A stretch of 64,000 nucleotides of DNA from a virus: positions 1 to 64,000 of the IMG/VR virus record IMGVR_UViG_3300041586_000126; one strand, given 5' to 3'. A model generated the notes under the pieces. It worked only from the letters and a program-made list of their open reading frames with translations. It did not search any database and was not told the DNA's origin. Of the stretch, positions 25,129 to 34,754 are shown piece by piece. The position numbers were made by a program, and so were the translations under genes. The first letter of the stretch is position 1. The number at the start of each line of letters is the position of its first letter.

Positions 25129-25785
25129 ATGAAAATATCATACGGTATCACTTGTTGTGATGAACATAAAGAATTATTACATCTAATTAACTTTATAACT
25201 CCCCTCATAGATGAAGAGGATGAAATTGTAGTAGTATATGATCAAAATAGAGTAACACCTCAAGTTTTAGCAATACTAGAAGAATATAAACATCTTATTA
25301 ATAGTTTTTCATTCGATTTTCAACAGAACTTCCTAGATAATAAAAACTATTTGGGAACTAAATGTAATGGAGAATACATATTTCAAATAGATGCTGACGA
25401 AATACCACATGAGGTTTTAATAACTAATTTAAAATCTATTTTAGAGGAAAATGATATTGATATGCTAGTTATTCCCCGTAAAAATATTGTAGAAGGTATA
25501 ACTCCGGAACATATTAAAAAATGGGGTTGGAATGTAAATGAAAAAGGTTGGGTGAATTGGGCTGACCAACAAAAGCGAATATACAAAAATACACCCGACA
25601 TACAATGGACAGGACACCCAGTTCACGGTATGGTTACGGGGTATAAAACATTTGCAAGTTTACCATTAGAGGAACAATTTAGTATAGAACATAATAAACA
25701 GGTTAAAAGGCAAGAGTCACAAAATATGAGATATTCTAATATAGAAAAAGGAATTGAATTAAAATCCTTTAGAAAAAAGCATTAA
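25129..25785 (+). CDS. Glycosyltransferase family 2
   Basis: ISYGIT..DE, IFQIDADE (DxD), W.GHPVH. Confidence 0.88.
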   Translation: MKISYGITCCDEHKELLHLINFITPLIDEEDEIVVVYDQNRVTPQVLAILEEYKHLINSFSFDFQQNFLDNKNYLGTKCNGEYIFQIDADEIPHEVLITNLKSILEENDIDMLVIPRKNIVEGITPEHIKKWGWNVNEKGWVNWADQQKRIYKNTPDIQWTGHPVHGMVTGYKTFASLPLEEQFSIEHNKQVKRQESQNMRYSNIEKGIELKSFRKKH

Positions 25786-25842
25786 ATTTTACTAGGATAT
25801 ATCAACACTGTTACGTACATTCCCACAAATTAAATTATAAAT

Positions 25843-26169
25843 ATGAACCTAAAAATGATCCCTTGTAATAAATGTAACCAGGATATGCCTGAATTGAGAT
25901 GGTCTCAATATCAGTATACCTTTTGTGTTGCATGTTCAGAATCAGGGCTGGGTAATAAACCCCAAAAGGCCATTACAGTACTAATGGGGGAAGGAGACCA
26001 TACTTGGATTGAAACCATAATAATGTCGGATTCAGATTATGCTTCTTACTTAAATGTTAAGGAAGAGGAGTATAAAAGGAATAATAGAATTAAAGAAGAT
26101 GTAGATATCATAGAAGATGATAAAAATTTACAAGGCCCCTTTAAGATTATTACCCTTAAAGACGAGTAA
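25843..26169 (+). CDS. Zn-finger hypothetical protein
   Basis: CNKC..MPELR....CVAC. Confidence 0.65.
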   Translation: MNLKMIPCNKCNQDMPELRWSQYQYTFCVACSESGLGNKPQKAITVLMGEGDHTWIETIIMSDSDYASYLNVKEEEYKRNNRIKEDVDIIEDDKNLQGPFKIITLKDE

Positions 26170-26171
26170 TT

Positions 26172-26789
26172 ATGCCAGCAGCTAAACCCCTTTCCAAATC
26201 CCAAATTGTAGCCGCTCAGGCAAAAACACTATCAAATTTAAGTGCTTCAAGATATCTTCATGTCTCGTATCAACACTATAAAAGATGGGCTAAATTATAT
26301 GACCTATTCGAATCCCACAAAAACCAAGCTGGGGTAGGGGTACCTAAATTCTTAAAAGGCCCTAAAAAAATGCCTCACATGGTTGAGATAATTGAGGGAA
26401 GGATTTCAGCTTCACATTTTAACCCTAACAAACTAAAGTATGCTCTTATAGAACAGGGGTACATACTAGAAGAATGTTCAATATGTAAATTTAAAGAAAG
26501 ACGAGTTTTAGATTATAGAATACCTTTACTTTTACATTTTAGAGATAAAAATAGTAATAACTACAATTTAACTAATGTTCAATTATTATGTTATAATCAC
26601 TATTTTCTTTCTGTAGGTGATATATTCAATAAAAAGGATGAAAAGCAAATAGAATCACAACAAGAACATTATGGTACCACTGAAAAAATAGAGTGGGAAG
26701 TTGATGCTTATCATTTACAACGTCTAAAAGAATTAGGGTTAGATGGAGATGATATGGATGATACTAACCAATACATAAGTAGAATATAA
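26172..26789 (+). CDS. HNH-like Zn-binding protein
   Basis: CSIC...LLLHFRDKNSNN..LTNVQLLCYNH. Confidence 0.65.
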   Translation: MPAAKPLSKSQIVAAQAKTLSNLSASRYLHVSYQHYKRWAKLYDLFESHKNQAGVGVPKFLKGPKKMPHMVEIIEGRISASHFNPNKLKYALIEQGYILEECSICKFKERRVLDYRIPLLLHFRDKNSNNYNLTNVQLLCYNHYFLSVGDIFNKKDEKQIESQQEHYGTTEKIEWEVDAYHLQRLKELGLDGDDMDDTNQYISRI

Positions 26790-26944
26790 TGAAGAATAAA
26801 AAACATAATCATTTTATAGATGATTACGACACCCAAAAATCAAAACATCTAGAAAGATTGGCAACTAAATCTTTAAGGGATGATGAAAAATACAAGAAAT
26901 TAAAAGGTAAACCTCTAAAAGGTGATTTCTTAGATAATTTTTAA
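26789..26944 (+). CDS. Small hypothetical protein (51 aa)
   Basis: TAATG-coupled ORF MKNKKHNHFIDDYD...GDFLDNF*. Confidence 0.55.
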   Translation: MKNKKHNHFIDDYDTQKSKHLERLATKSLRDDEKYKKLKGKPLKGDFLDNF

Positions 26945-27007
26945 TGCCACAAACGGTAGGATACCGCATATATATTTCGTATATTTACACATAAATAAGA
27001 ACATAAT

Positions 27008-27364
27008 ATGAAAACCGAAATCTGTTTAGAATTCCAAGAAGAAAAACACCCCAGCTCTAAATTCGAACATTATCTAGAATTTGAAGACTCAGAGGATATG
27101 GAAGAAATGTTTGAAGATGATAACAAATCCTTATCGAATTTAATAGTAGATATTGCTCTGAAAAATCTTGATACTACTACTGAGGAAATACCCGTTATTT
27201 CTATTTACACAAAAAACAATGATACTACCTATGAAGTTATAATAGATCGCAATGATATGATTGAGACTTTAGAAGCAAATTTAGAAATAATGGAGGATTT
27301 TGAAGATTATGAACGTTGTCAAAAAATAACAGATGCTTTATATTATCTAACAAAAGAAAACTAA
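27008..27364 (+). CDS. Acidic hypothetical protein with UVR-like C-terminus
   Basis: EDFEDYERCQKI motif; early promoter upstream. Confidence 0.65.
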   Translation: MKTEICLEFQEEKHPSSKFEHYLEFEDSEDMEEMFEDDNKSLSNLIVDIALKNLDTTTEEIPVISIYTKNNDTTYEVIIDRNDMIETLEANLEIMEDFEDYERCQKITDALYYLTKEN

Positions 27365-27378
27365 ATTAAATAAAGGTT

Positions 27379-28650
27379 ATGACTGATTTAAAATTATTTA
27401 TTGAAGAAATGAGAGCTACTAGTAGCTCTACCGAGAAATCTGCCATTATAGCACGTAGCTCGACGTTTATACACGAAGTACTAGAAGCAACGTACAACCC
27501 GTATAAACAATATTATACCACAAGTAAAACATGTCTAAAAAATAGTGAATTGGTAGCTTATGGCAATACTACTCCATTACTTTCACTATTGAAAATGTTA
27601 AATACTCGGGAAGTAACAGGACATGATGCAATAAAATTGGTAAATAGATTTGCTCAATCTAATATTGATTGGGATTTGATTTATAAAATCATTGATAAAG
27701 ATTTAGATATTAGAATTGGTGCTAAAGGTATTAATAAAGGTGTTCCAGGTTTAATCCCAACATTTTCCGTTGCATTAGCAAAAGAATATGAAGATGGGAA
27801 ATGTGAGTGGAAAGATGGATGGTTTGCTTCTCGAAAATTAGATGGTGTTAGATGTTTAGCTCGTGTAAATGAAGAAGGAAAATGTACCTTATTCAGCAGA
27901 ACAGGTAAAGAATTTACCACATTAGATAAAGTAAAAGAAGCAATAGAAGCAACGGGTGTAACTAGTATTACATTTGATGGAGAAATTTGTTTAGTAGATA
28001 AAGATGGTAATGAAGATTTTCAAGGTGTTATGAAACAATTAAGACGCAAAGACCATCAAATCCAAAACCCCGCTTATATAATATTTGATGTATTAGATAA
28101 TATTGATTTTGATAATGCTAAAGGTAATATACCTCTAAAGACTCGATTACAAAAAATAAGAAGTTGGTTGGCACTTACAGGAAACAATAATAGTAACATT
28201 TTACGTTATACCGAGCAAGTCAAAATAGAAGATAATAATCATTTTGAGCTTTGGTCTGAAATGTCTAATCAAAACGGTTGGGAAGGTGTTATGTTGCGTA
28301 AGAATGTTGGTTATGAGGGTAAACGAACTAAAAATTTAGTTAAAGTTAAAAAATTCTTTGATAATGAATATAAGGTGGTTGGTTTTGATATTGATAACCA
28401 TGAAGTAGTTAGAGATGGCAAGTCAGTTACTATGCAAATGCTATCCCAAGTATATATTGAACATAAAGGATATAAAGTAAAAGTTGGCAGTGGTTTTACA
28501 CAAGAACAACGTTTGAAATATATGGATGGAAGTATTATGGGTAAAACAATTTGTGTACAATATTTTAGTGAAACTAAAAATGATAAAGGTGGTATTAGTT
28601 TAAGATTTCCAACATTAAAACACATATATGATGGTAAAAGAGATATGTAA
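27379..28650 (+). CDS. ATP-dependent DNA ligase
   Basis: SRKLDGVR (adenylated K), FDGEI, EGVMLR, KVK, VGSGF, SLRFP. Confidence 0.95.
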   Translation: MTDLKLFIEEMRATSSSTEKSAIIARSSTFIHEVLEATYNPYKQYYTTSKTCLKNSELVAYGNTTPLLSLLKMLNTREVTGHDAIKLVNRFAQSNIDWDLIYKIIDKDLDIRIGAKGINKGVPGLIPTFSVALAKEYEDGKCEWKDGWFASRKLDGVRCLARVNEEGKCTLFSRTGKEFTTLDKVKEAIEATGVTSITFDGEICLVDKDGNEDFQGVMKQLRRKDHQIQNPAYIIFDVLDNIDFDNAKGNIPLKTRLQKIRSWLALTGNNNSNILRYTEQVKIEDNNHFELWSEMSNQNGWEGVMLRKNVGYEGKRTKNLVKVKKFFDNEYKVVGFDIDNHEVVRDGKSVTMQMLSQVYIEHKGYKVKVGSGFTQEQRLKYMDGSIMGKTICVQYFSETKNDKGGISLRFPTLKHIYDGKRDM

Positions 28651-28779
28651 TATACAAAATGGAGATTGGATTATTTATGGTGGGAAACGCAAAATATGTT
28701 ATGGTACCCACCATAATGGGAATATTTTAATTAAAATGAATGGTAGATTAGTACAAGTACCCAAATTAAATATAAATTT

Positions 28780-29412
28780 ATGAAATTAAATGCAAACATC
28801 CCAAGCTTCAAAGGATTTGTTAGAAAATCCTATTTTACAAAGCTAGAAGAAGATAACACAGAATTTTATAACGTTTATGTTTTTGGAATACAATCATGTT
28901 CCGGTAAGATACTTACGTTCCACGTTATGACAGATAGTGGAATGCTTAGAAGTAGAGTTCCTTTATCCGAAATATACGCAAAGGAGCCAACAAGTGATAT
29001 ACCCTTTAACTACAAACAGCTATGGGATTGCTTTAGTGAAAACGTTGCCATAGTAGAATATGAGTTTTTAGCTTTCCACAGGGCAGAAATAGTTCTTAGA
29101 GATGGTACAAAGGTTTGGGGTACTTACATCTTTACAGTAGATTGGTTTAACAATCCATACAGTGATGAGCCATCTGACTATAAATGTGGCCATGTATTTG
29201 AAGGGGATGAAGGTTACTTATTGTGTATGCCAAATAACAGGATATTTTGGAGAGATAGCAATTGGGTTACAAAAAACCTTCCTGACAACCTAAAACAGTT
29301 TAAGGTAGACACAGAGCTTCTTTCAGTAGAAAACCAATCAGACAAGTGGGTAACAGAGGATAGTAATTCATTTTATTACGATATACATGAAAGAAAGCAA
29401 GACATAAAATAA
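28780..29412 (+). CDS. Conserved phage hypothetical protein
   Basis: QLWDCFS, YIFTVDW, KCGH, PNNRI motifs. Confidence 0.75.
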   Translation: MKLNANIPSFKGFVRKSYFTKLEEDNTEFYNVYVFGIQSCSGKILTFHVMTDSGMLRSRVPLSEIYAKEPTSDIPFNYKQLWDCFSENVAIVEYEFLAFHRAEIVLRDGTKVWGTYIFTVDWFNNPYSDEPSDYKCGHVFEGDEGYLLCMPNNRIFWRDSNWVTKNLPDNLKQFKVDTELLSVENQSDKWVTEDSNSFYYDIHERKQDIK

Positions 29413-29428
29413 CTAAAATAACATTGGT

Positions 29429-29614
29429 ATGAAAAGATACATCAAGAGTAAATTAATAGAATTATCAAGACCATTAAGAATATGGTTTGGCAAATGTTTT
29501 TTATATATGATTGGAAAACATGGGACTCATGAATTTAAAGATGATATAATTCTTTATAACGAATTAAAAAGGTGGGTTGACTCAGGAGGTAAACCGACAA
29601 CACCTTTCCTTTAA
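29429..29614 (+). CDS. Hypothetical protein
   Basis: 61-aa ORF. Confidence 0.5.
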   Translation: MKRYIKSKLIELSRPLRIWFGKCFLYMIGKHGTHEFKDDIILYNELKRWVDSGGKPTTPFL

Positions 29615-29668
29615 TTAACCCTAACCAACCTATATGAGTATGTTTTAAAAATTTAAAATATAAAAGTT

Positions 29669-30034
29669 ATGAAAGAATATAAAGTAGTAGTTACAGAATA
29701 TAGCACAAAATGGTTCAATTTAGAAGGTCAACTTCATAGAGAAGACGGACCAGCTGTTGAATACACAGATGGTGGTAGAGAGTATTATATTAATGATAAG
29801 ATTCATAGAGAAGACGGACCCGCTGTAGAGCATGCAAATGGAGATAAATGGTATTATATTAATGATAAGCTTCACAGAGAAGATGGCCCGGCTGTTGAAT
29901 ATGTAGATGAAGATAAATTATACTTCATTAATGGTAAAAAATTAACCGAAAAAAAATTCAAAAATACAAACAAAACCTGTGAAGGCAAGGTTGTAGAAAT
30001 AGAAGGTGTAAAGTATAAATTAACTAAAATATAA
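29669..30034 (+). CDS. HREDGPA-repeat protein (paralog of 4034-4468)
   Basis: Three HREDGPAVE repeats; same MKEYKV start and C.GKVVEI.GVKYKL end. Confidence 0.85.
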   Translation: MKEYKVVVTEYSTKWFNLEGQLHREDGPAVEYTDGGREYYINDKIHREDGPAVEHANGDKWYYINDKLHREDGPAVEYVDEDKLYFINGKKLTEKKFKNTNKTCEGKVVEIEGVKYKLTKI

Positions 30035-30106
30035 AAGTCTATTAAATATAACTTGGTTGAGCCAAATATTGTTCGTATATTTACACTTAATAAGAAAATA
30101 AAGGTT

Positions 30107-30529
30107 ATGAAAGAACAAAGAGGAAGACCAGCAGAAAAGCCCCCAGTTGTATTAGATAAGTGGGTTCAAACCTTTTATGAGGTACCATCCAAACCTGAAC
30201 TAGGTTATAAGTCTGTTTGGCATTTTGACAATTCTATCAGTTCAAAGGGTGCCTATAAAGTAGAATATACCTTACCTAAGGGACATAGGCCACTTAAAGT
30301 AAAACTTGAAAAGGGAAAAGCATATAGTCAACAACCTGTTGTGATGGTATTTAAGACCTCAGACCGTTTAAACTCTAAAACCAAAATGAAAATTTGGAAC
30401 AACGAGAATATAGATTATATATTATCAACTAGTAATTTAATAGGTATCCCAGCAAAAGCAATTATATTAGATATAGGTGTGGGGCGTAAAATAATAGAGA
30501 TGTATAAACAAAAATATAATTTAACTTAA
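30107..30529 (+). CDS. Hypothetical early protein
   Basis: Start reset to the ATG after the promoter/leader repeat. Confidence 0.7.
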   Translation: MKEQRGRPAEKPPVVLDKWVQTFYEVPSKPELGYKSVWHFDNSISSKGAYKVEYTLPKGHRPLKVKLEKGKAYSQQPVVMVFKTSDRLNSKTKMKIWNNENIDYILSTSNLIGIPAKAIILDIGVGRKIIEMYKQKYNLT

Positions 30530-30565
30530 TTACTATATATTTATAATAAATAAAATAAAATAATA

Positions 30566-31249
30566 ATGGGTAGATATAAATTAACAAATAAATCAGAGGG
30601 AATGAGTAATGACGAATTTTCTAATGCAAAGGAACAAGATAGATTAGATGCTCACCCTGATAGAGATAAAATAATTAAAATGCGAGCTCTACTTAAAAAA
30701 GAAAAAGATGCTAGAGAGAATAATGTTGAAGAAGGTGAAGCTGTGGATTTAGCAATTGAAGCATCACAAAAAAAAGCAGGTATTCGTGAGAATGATATTG
30801 AAGATAATATAGAAAGGCGTATTGAAGACTTATCTCAAGAACCTACAAAACGTAAATTTCTAGATGATTTTTTAGATCTATATAAAGGATTAATAGGTGA
30901 AGATCCCTATTTTGTCAAATCAGTATTTAATTATTTGAATACTGGAATGGATAATCAAAACCAACAAAAAACCATGGGAGAATCATCAGATGGTTATGTA
31001 GAAGAAATTAGCGAAACCGATTCAAATGCCCTAGGTAGTATTGTAAAAATTCTAAGGGATAATCAGATATCAATAAGTGATATTAATGGTTTCTACAAAA
31101 CCCATAAACAGGATATTATAAAAGGAGATATAAATCCTTTTGATGAAGAAGATGTAATGATGAATTATAATGAATACAGTTCAATTAATTCTGAGGATTT
31201 TAGTGACCTAAGAGAACATTTTAGTAGATTCCTAAAACCCTACCAATAA
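30566..31249 (+). CDS. Hypothetical acidic protein (late-type promoter)
   Basis: TATTTATAAT upstream; LREHFSRF C-terminus. Confidence 0.65.
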   Translation: MGRYKLTNKSEGMSNDEFSNAKEQDRLDAHPDRDKIIKMRALLKKEKDARENNVEEGEAVDLAIEASQKKAGIRENDIEDNIERRIEDLSQEPTKRKFLDDFLDLYKGLIGEDPYFVKSVFNYLNTGMDNQNQQKTMGESSDGYVEEISETDSNALGSIVKILRDNQISISDINGFYKTHKQDIIKGDINPFDEEDVMMNYNEYSSINSEDFSDLREHFSRFLKPYQ

Positions 31250-31336
31250 TATATTTTAAAATTATTTAAAAAAGGGTGGGTATCATTAGGATACCCACTA
31301 CTATTTTTGTATATTAACGTATTAAATAAAGGTATA

Positions 31337-31486
31337 ATGAGAAAAGTTAGAGAATATAAAGGTTGTGAATTTGAGTCTCCTATGTTTAGACAAATAATGG
31401 CAGAAAGGGAGAAGGGGTTAAATGGATCTTCAATAATGGATGGTACATTTGAATATAAACCCAAAAGAGGAAAGCATAAAATATAA
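31337..31486 (+). CDS. Small hypothetical protein (49 aa)
   Basis: MRKVREYKGCEFESPMF...; follows the early promoter at 31286. Confidence 0.5.
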   Translation: MRKVREYKGCEFESPMFRQIMAEREKGLNGSSIMDGTFEYKPKRGKHKI

Positions 31487-31505
31487 TCACTTAAATCAAC
31501 ATAAC

Positions 31506-31661
31506 ATGAACCCAGATGAAAGAAAACTAAAATTGGACGAGCTAAGATTAAAAATAACAGCATATAAACTCCAGCAAAACCCACTCTTAGGTAATAATAA
31601 ATATAATATTCAAAAACTACAACAAGAGATAGATAATCTCCCTCCAAAAAATAATATATGA
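31506..31661 (+). CDS. Small hypothetical protein
   Basis: MNPDERKLKL..., coupled to the next gene. Confidence 0.5.
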   Translation: MNPDERKLKLDELRLKITAYKLQQNPLLGNNKYNIQKLQQEIDNLPPKNNI

Positions 31662-31867
31662 ACTATAACATAATATACAAAGACCAAAACGCATATAGAA
31701 TAGTAGACGAAATATCTATTTCTAACTTCCAAAATAAGGATGGAAGCATTCATCAACAGGTCTTAGGGATGTATGTTCACGACTTAAGATGTGATAGAGT
31801 ATTTCAAAAAGATAATAAGTTTTTGATATGCTCCCTAATCCCCGATGTTATATATGAAGAAGTCTAA
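31658..31867 (+). CDS. Hypothetical protein
   Basis: ORF track. Confidence 0.6.
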   Translation: MNYNIIYKDQNAYRIVDEISISNFQNKDGSIHQQVLGMYVHDLRCDRVFQKDNKFLICSLIPDVIYEEV

Positions 31868-32195
31868 CACTTGTAGTTGGTGTCACAAATCAACAGGATT
31901 ACCAGAGGTTTTTGCTTCTCAAGTCCCCATATTAGAATGGTTAGAGGAAAAAATAGACTTATATTGTAAATATAAAGATATTAGCCGAGATGAATTGTGG
32001 GGGGAAAATAGTGATTGGAGTCAATTAAATTTAGGTAAAAATTGGGAATCGGAGTTATTAGCTTATGATGAATTAGCCAATACAATCTCCAGAAGGGTTA
32101 TATGTAAAGAATGCCTAATTCAAGACGATGCCCTATTTAAAAAATACTATATAATGTTAGATGATGACGAGAATATAGAGTTTGAAGAACCTTAA
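31845..32195 (+). CDS. Hypothetical Zn-binding protein
   Basis: CSWC...CKEC. Confidence 0.6.
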   Translation: MLYMKKSNTCSWCHKSTGLPEVFASQVPILEWLEEKIDLYCKYKDISRDELWGENSDWSQLNLGKNWESELLAYDELANTISRRVICKECLIQDDALFKKYYIMLDDDENIEFEEP

Positions 32196-32877
32196 TATGA
32201 TAAATAAAAGTGTTTTGATATGGGCTGGCTACTATGATGATAGGTGGAACGCAACAAATTGGATTGAAGGTGGGATTAATGATAGCGAGTATTCTATAAT
32301 TAAATTAGCCTATAAACTCCAAAGTAAAGGTTATGATGTAACAGTAGCTGGTAATGTTAAAAGTGAACTGTTATGGGGTATCAAATGGGTTAATGAAGAT
32401 ATACTTTTATCAAATCGGGGTCCTAGAGGTTTAAATGAAGCATTCGATTTAAGAGTAAAAGATCACTATAACATACTAATAGGATGTAATTATATACACT
32501 TTATAAGACATCTAGAAGATGTAAATATCTCGTTTGATAAGGCATACTTTTGGATGCATCAAGATGGGTATTACCCTTGGTATAAAGGAAATGAATTAAA
32601 TCAATGTAAAGATTATTTTAAACACCCCAAACTAAAAGCTATAATAGGGATAAGTAAAACCCACGCTAAAACACTTAAAAAAAGTGCAAAAAATATATTC
32701 CACTACACACCCCTAGATTCTAATAAATACATACACTTTATTACACATCCACTTGATTTAAAGGATAATACGGAATCACAAACCCCACCATTAATGAACG
32801 AAACACTACATATGTGGTTAGAAAAATCAAATTGGGATTTGACCATGAATGAATGGATTAGTATGTTTGAGAATTAA
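32182..32877 (+). CDS. Glycosyltransferase-like protein (N-terminal GT-B domain, apparently shortened)
   Basis: GGI..SE..II.LA..L...GYDVTV.G, FWMH, W.....EW. Confidence 0.55.
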   Translation: MKNLNMINKSVLIWAGYYDDRWNATNWIEGGINDSEYSIIKLAYKLQSKGYDVTVAGNVKSELLWGIKWVNEDILLSNRGPRGLNEAFDLRVKDHYNILIGCNYIHFIRHLEDVNISFDKAYFWMHQDGYYPWYKGNELNQCKDYFKHPKLKAIIGISKTHAKTLKKSAKNIFHYTPLDSNKYIHFITHPLDLKDNTESQTPPLMNETLHMWLEKSNWDLTMNEWISMFEN

Positions 32878-32952
32878 AAATAGTAATGCATGTCATATTT
32901 GGCTCCCCGCAATAGGGTTCGTATATTTACACATAAGTTAATAAATATTATC

Positions 32953-33084
32953 ATGAGCGGAAATACAAAGTTTTTTAATAGGGTGCTTTGCATACAAAAT
33001 TATTATGATATATATAATGAAGTTTATTTTTATAGGTTTTGGGTGCTTGGATTTTACTTTGATACTGACAAAAATTCTTTATAA
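32953..33084 (+). CDS. Small hypothetical protein ending in the first TAAC core of the repeat array
   Basis: MSGNTKFF...DKNSL*; early promoter at 32899. Confidence 0.5.
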   Translation: MSGNTKFFNRVLCIQNYYDIYNEVYFYRFWVLGFYFDTDKNSL

Positions 33085-33128
33085 CGGTTTGGGTATGGTT
33101 AGATTTTTAACGGATTAAATATAAAAAT

Positions 33129-33266
33129 ATGAATGAAGAAGCAGAATTTGCAGTAGAAATACTGAAAGAATACGCAAAACAAAACCAGGTATTACCAAGA
33201 AGTACTTGTGACTTATCTAAATTAGAGGAATGGCTAATTATAGAGCTACTTAGAGTTAAAAATTAA
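33129..33266 (+). CDS. Small cassette protein (45 aa)
   Basis: MNEEAEFAVEILKEYAKQNQVLPRSTCDLSKLEEWLIIELLRVKN*. Confidence 0.6.
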   Translation: MNEEAEFAVEILKEYAKQNQVLPRSTCDLSKLEEWLIIELLRVKN

Positions 33267-33392
33267 CTATACCCGTTGTTGTGGGTACGTTGTGCGAACA
33301 TAATTGACATCACTTAGATAATCATAGTGATAGAATGATACTAAAGCATTGTGCCTAACAAATTAGAATATGAATAGTAAAAATTACGGCTT

Positions 33393-33536
33393 ATGGATCA
33401 ATTACCTTTAGACTTTAACTTGGTTATGTTATTATATGACCTTGATGAATTATTGACATTATTAGAAACCGATACTAAAAAATGGCAATGGTTAATAGAT
33501 GAACTGAACAAACAATTAAAAGAACAGATTGAGTAA
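33393..33536 (+). CDS. Small cassette protein (47 aa)
   Basis: MDQLPLDFNLVMLLYDLDELLTLLETDTKKWQWLIDELNKQLKEQIE*. Confidence 0.5.
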   Translation: MDQLPLDFNLVMLLYDLDELLTLLETDTKKWQWLIDELNKQLKEQIE

Positions 33537-33677
33537 TTTTTATTATTTATATTCTGTGTTGTGCGGTCTTTTTAATGTCGACACAACGCATTGTATAAGA
33601 AATGTTGATGTTAGCACCGATGTTCATTTGAAATACTAAATGGCTTTTTATTGGAATGGAATTAGTTAGAAATTAAG

Positions 33678-33932
33678 ATGAAAACAGAAGGAAATATGAT
33701 TACGGATTGGTTAGACCAAAACCGAAACCCAGAAATAGACCGTTTTATTGAAAAAAACCTTGCCATTACTGAAAAAATTCGTTTGGCATTAGCAGAAAAA
33801 GAGTGGAATTGGTATGGTAATGAGGTGAGGGAGTTAGAAGATATAAAAAGAATAAATAAAGAGGTTATGGGAAAAATGACTTTTACAAATCAATTCTTCA
33901 AGAACATTTTAAACACAACCCACATAAAATAA
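33678..33932 (+). CDS. Hypothetical protein resembling the N-terminus of an XRE/HigA-like regulator, without HTH
   Basis: PEIDRFIEKNLAITEKIRLALAEKEW then diverges. Confidence 0.55.
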   Translation: MKTEGNMITDWLDQNRNPEIDRFIEKNLAITEKIRLALAEKEWNWYGNEVRELEDIKRINKEVMGKMTFTNQFFKNILNTTHIK

Positions 33933-33988
33933 TACGTATATATTTAACTTAATATGGCTAATATTAGTAATATTGGAATTAGAACATT

Positions 33989-34174
33989 ATGGAGAAGAAT
34001 AGAAAAGAAATCATAGCAAAATTAAATATACTTGCTAATGGTAATAAAAGCCAATGGTTTGCAGATGCCACTTGGAGAGCAGAAAATAGTGTATGGTTGA
34101 TAAAATTACAAGCCACCACTATAAAAATTTTAAGGGCATTAAGAAAGAATAATACACACACAAAACAACATTAA
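33989..34174 (+). CDS. Hypothetical protein resembling the N-terminus of an XRE/HigA-like regulator, without HTH
   Basis: SQWFADATWRAENSVWL..ATTIKILRALRK then stops. Confidence 0.55.
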   Translation: MEKNRKEIIAKLNILANGNKSQWFADATWRAENSVWLIKLQATTIKILRALRKNNTHTKQH

Positions 34175-34203
34175 TAATTAATAATTAAAATTCGGTAAAA
34201 CAC

Positions 34204-34350
34204 ATGAGTAAATCAAGCCCAAAACAACGGTTGACACAATTAGTAGAATGGATGTCTACATTGAAACCACAACGTAGTAGACCAATTAAAAACGAGGATA
34301 CTAAACAACCACCAACACGTAGTTATAATGTTAGAATAAAAAATATGTAA
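34204..34350 (+). CDS. Small hypothetical protein (48 aa)
   Basis: MSKSSPKQRLTQLVEWMSTL..., TAATG-coupled to the next ORF. Confidence 0.5.
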   Translation: MSKSSPKQRLTQLVEWMSTLKPQRSRPIKNEDTKQPPTRSYNVRIKNM

Positions 34351-34754
34351 TGGAAAGTAATCTTAAAGTATGGAATGAAGTATTTACTATATTGGCTTGG
34401 AATTGTAAAGCGGATAAATCTGGTAAAATGATTTTGGATAAGGGTATTTACTACAACGATGTTTTATCAAAGTATTGCATTACTGAAAGAACTAGCGAGA
34501 TAAGTGAAGTAGAAATATATAAAAAAGTATATGCAACAACAACACTAAAAGATCTGGCAATGGTAATCCTGGAGATAAGTCGAGATGGGATAATATCAGA
34601 TAACAACAAACAATACGATGCATTAGTAATGGTACATCAGTGCATCAACTTCAGTCTAGCTATACCGAATACATTAATGCGTGGGTATGGAATACGAGCA
34701 CAGGCAACGATGTTGGGTGTACAAAATGATATATTAAAAGTAATAAGTATGTAG
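34350..34754 (+). CDS. Hypothetical protein
   Basis: ORF; C-terminus NTLMRGYGIRAQA. Confidence 0.6.
   Translation: MESNLKVWNEVFTILAWNCKADKSGKMILDKGIYYNDVLSKYCITERTSEISEVEIYKKVYATTTLKDLAMVILEISRDGIISDNNKQYDALVMVHQCINFSLAIPNTLMRGYGIRAQATMLGVQNDILKVISM

Larger units (their letters stand above)
33080..33587 (+). mobile_element. attC-like inverted-repeat array with ORFs nested inside the repeats
   Basis: Arms 33080-33111/33255-33283 and 33353-33387/33533-33564, each YAAC...GTTG; linkers GTTG...YAAC are also self-complementary. Confidence 0.6.

Noticed and set aside
4034-30034. Diversity-generating retroelement (template/variable repeat) between the HREDGPA genes
   Set aside because: No reverse transcriptase in the window, and differences are not confined to adenines.
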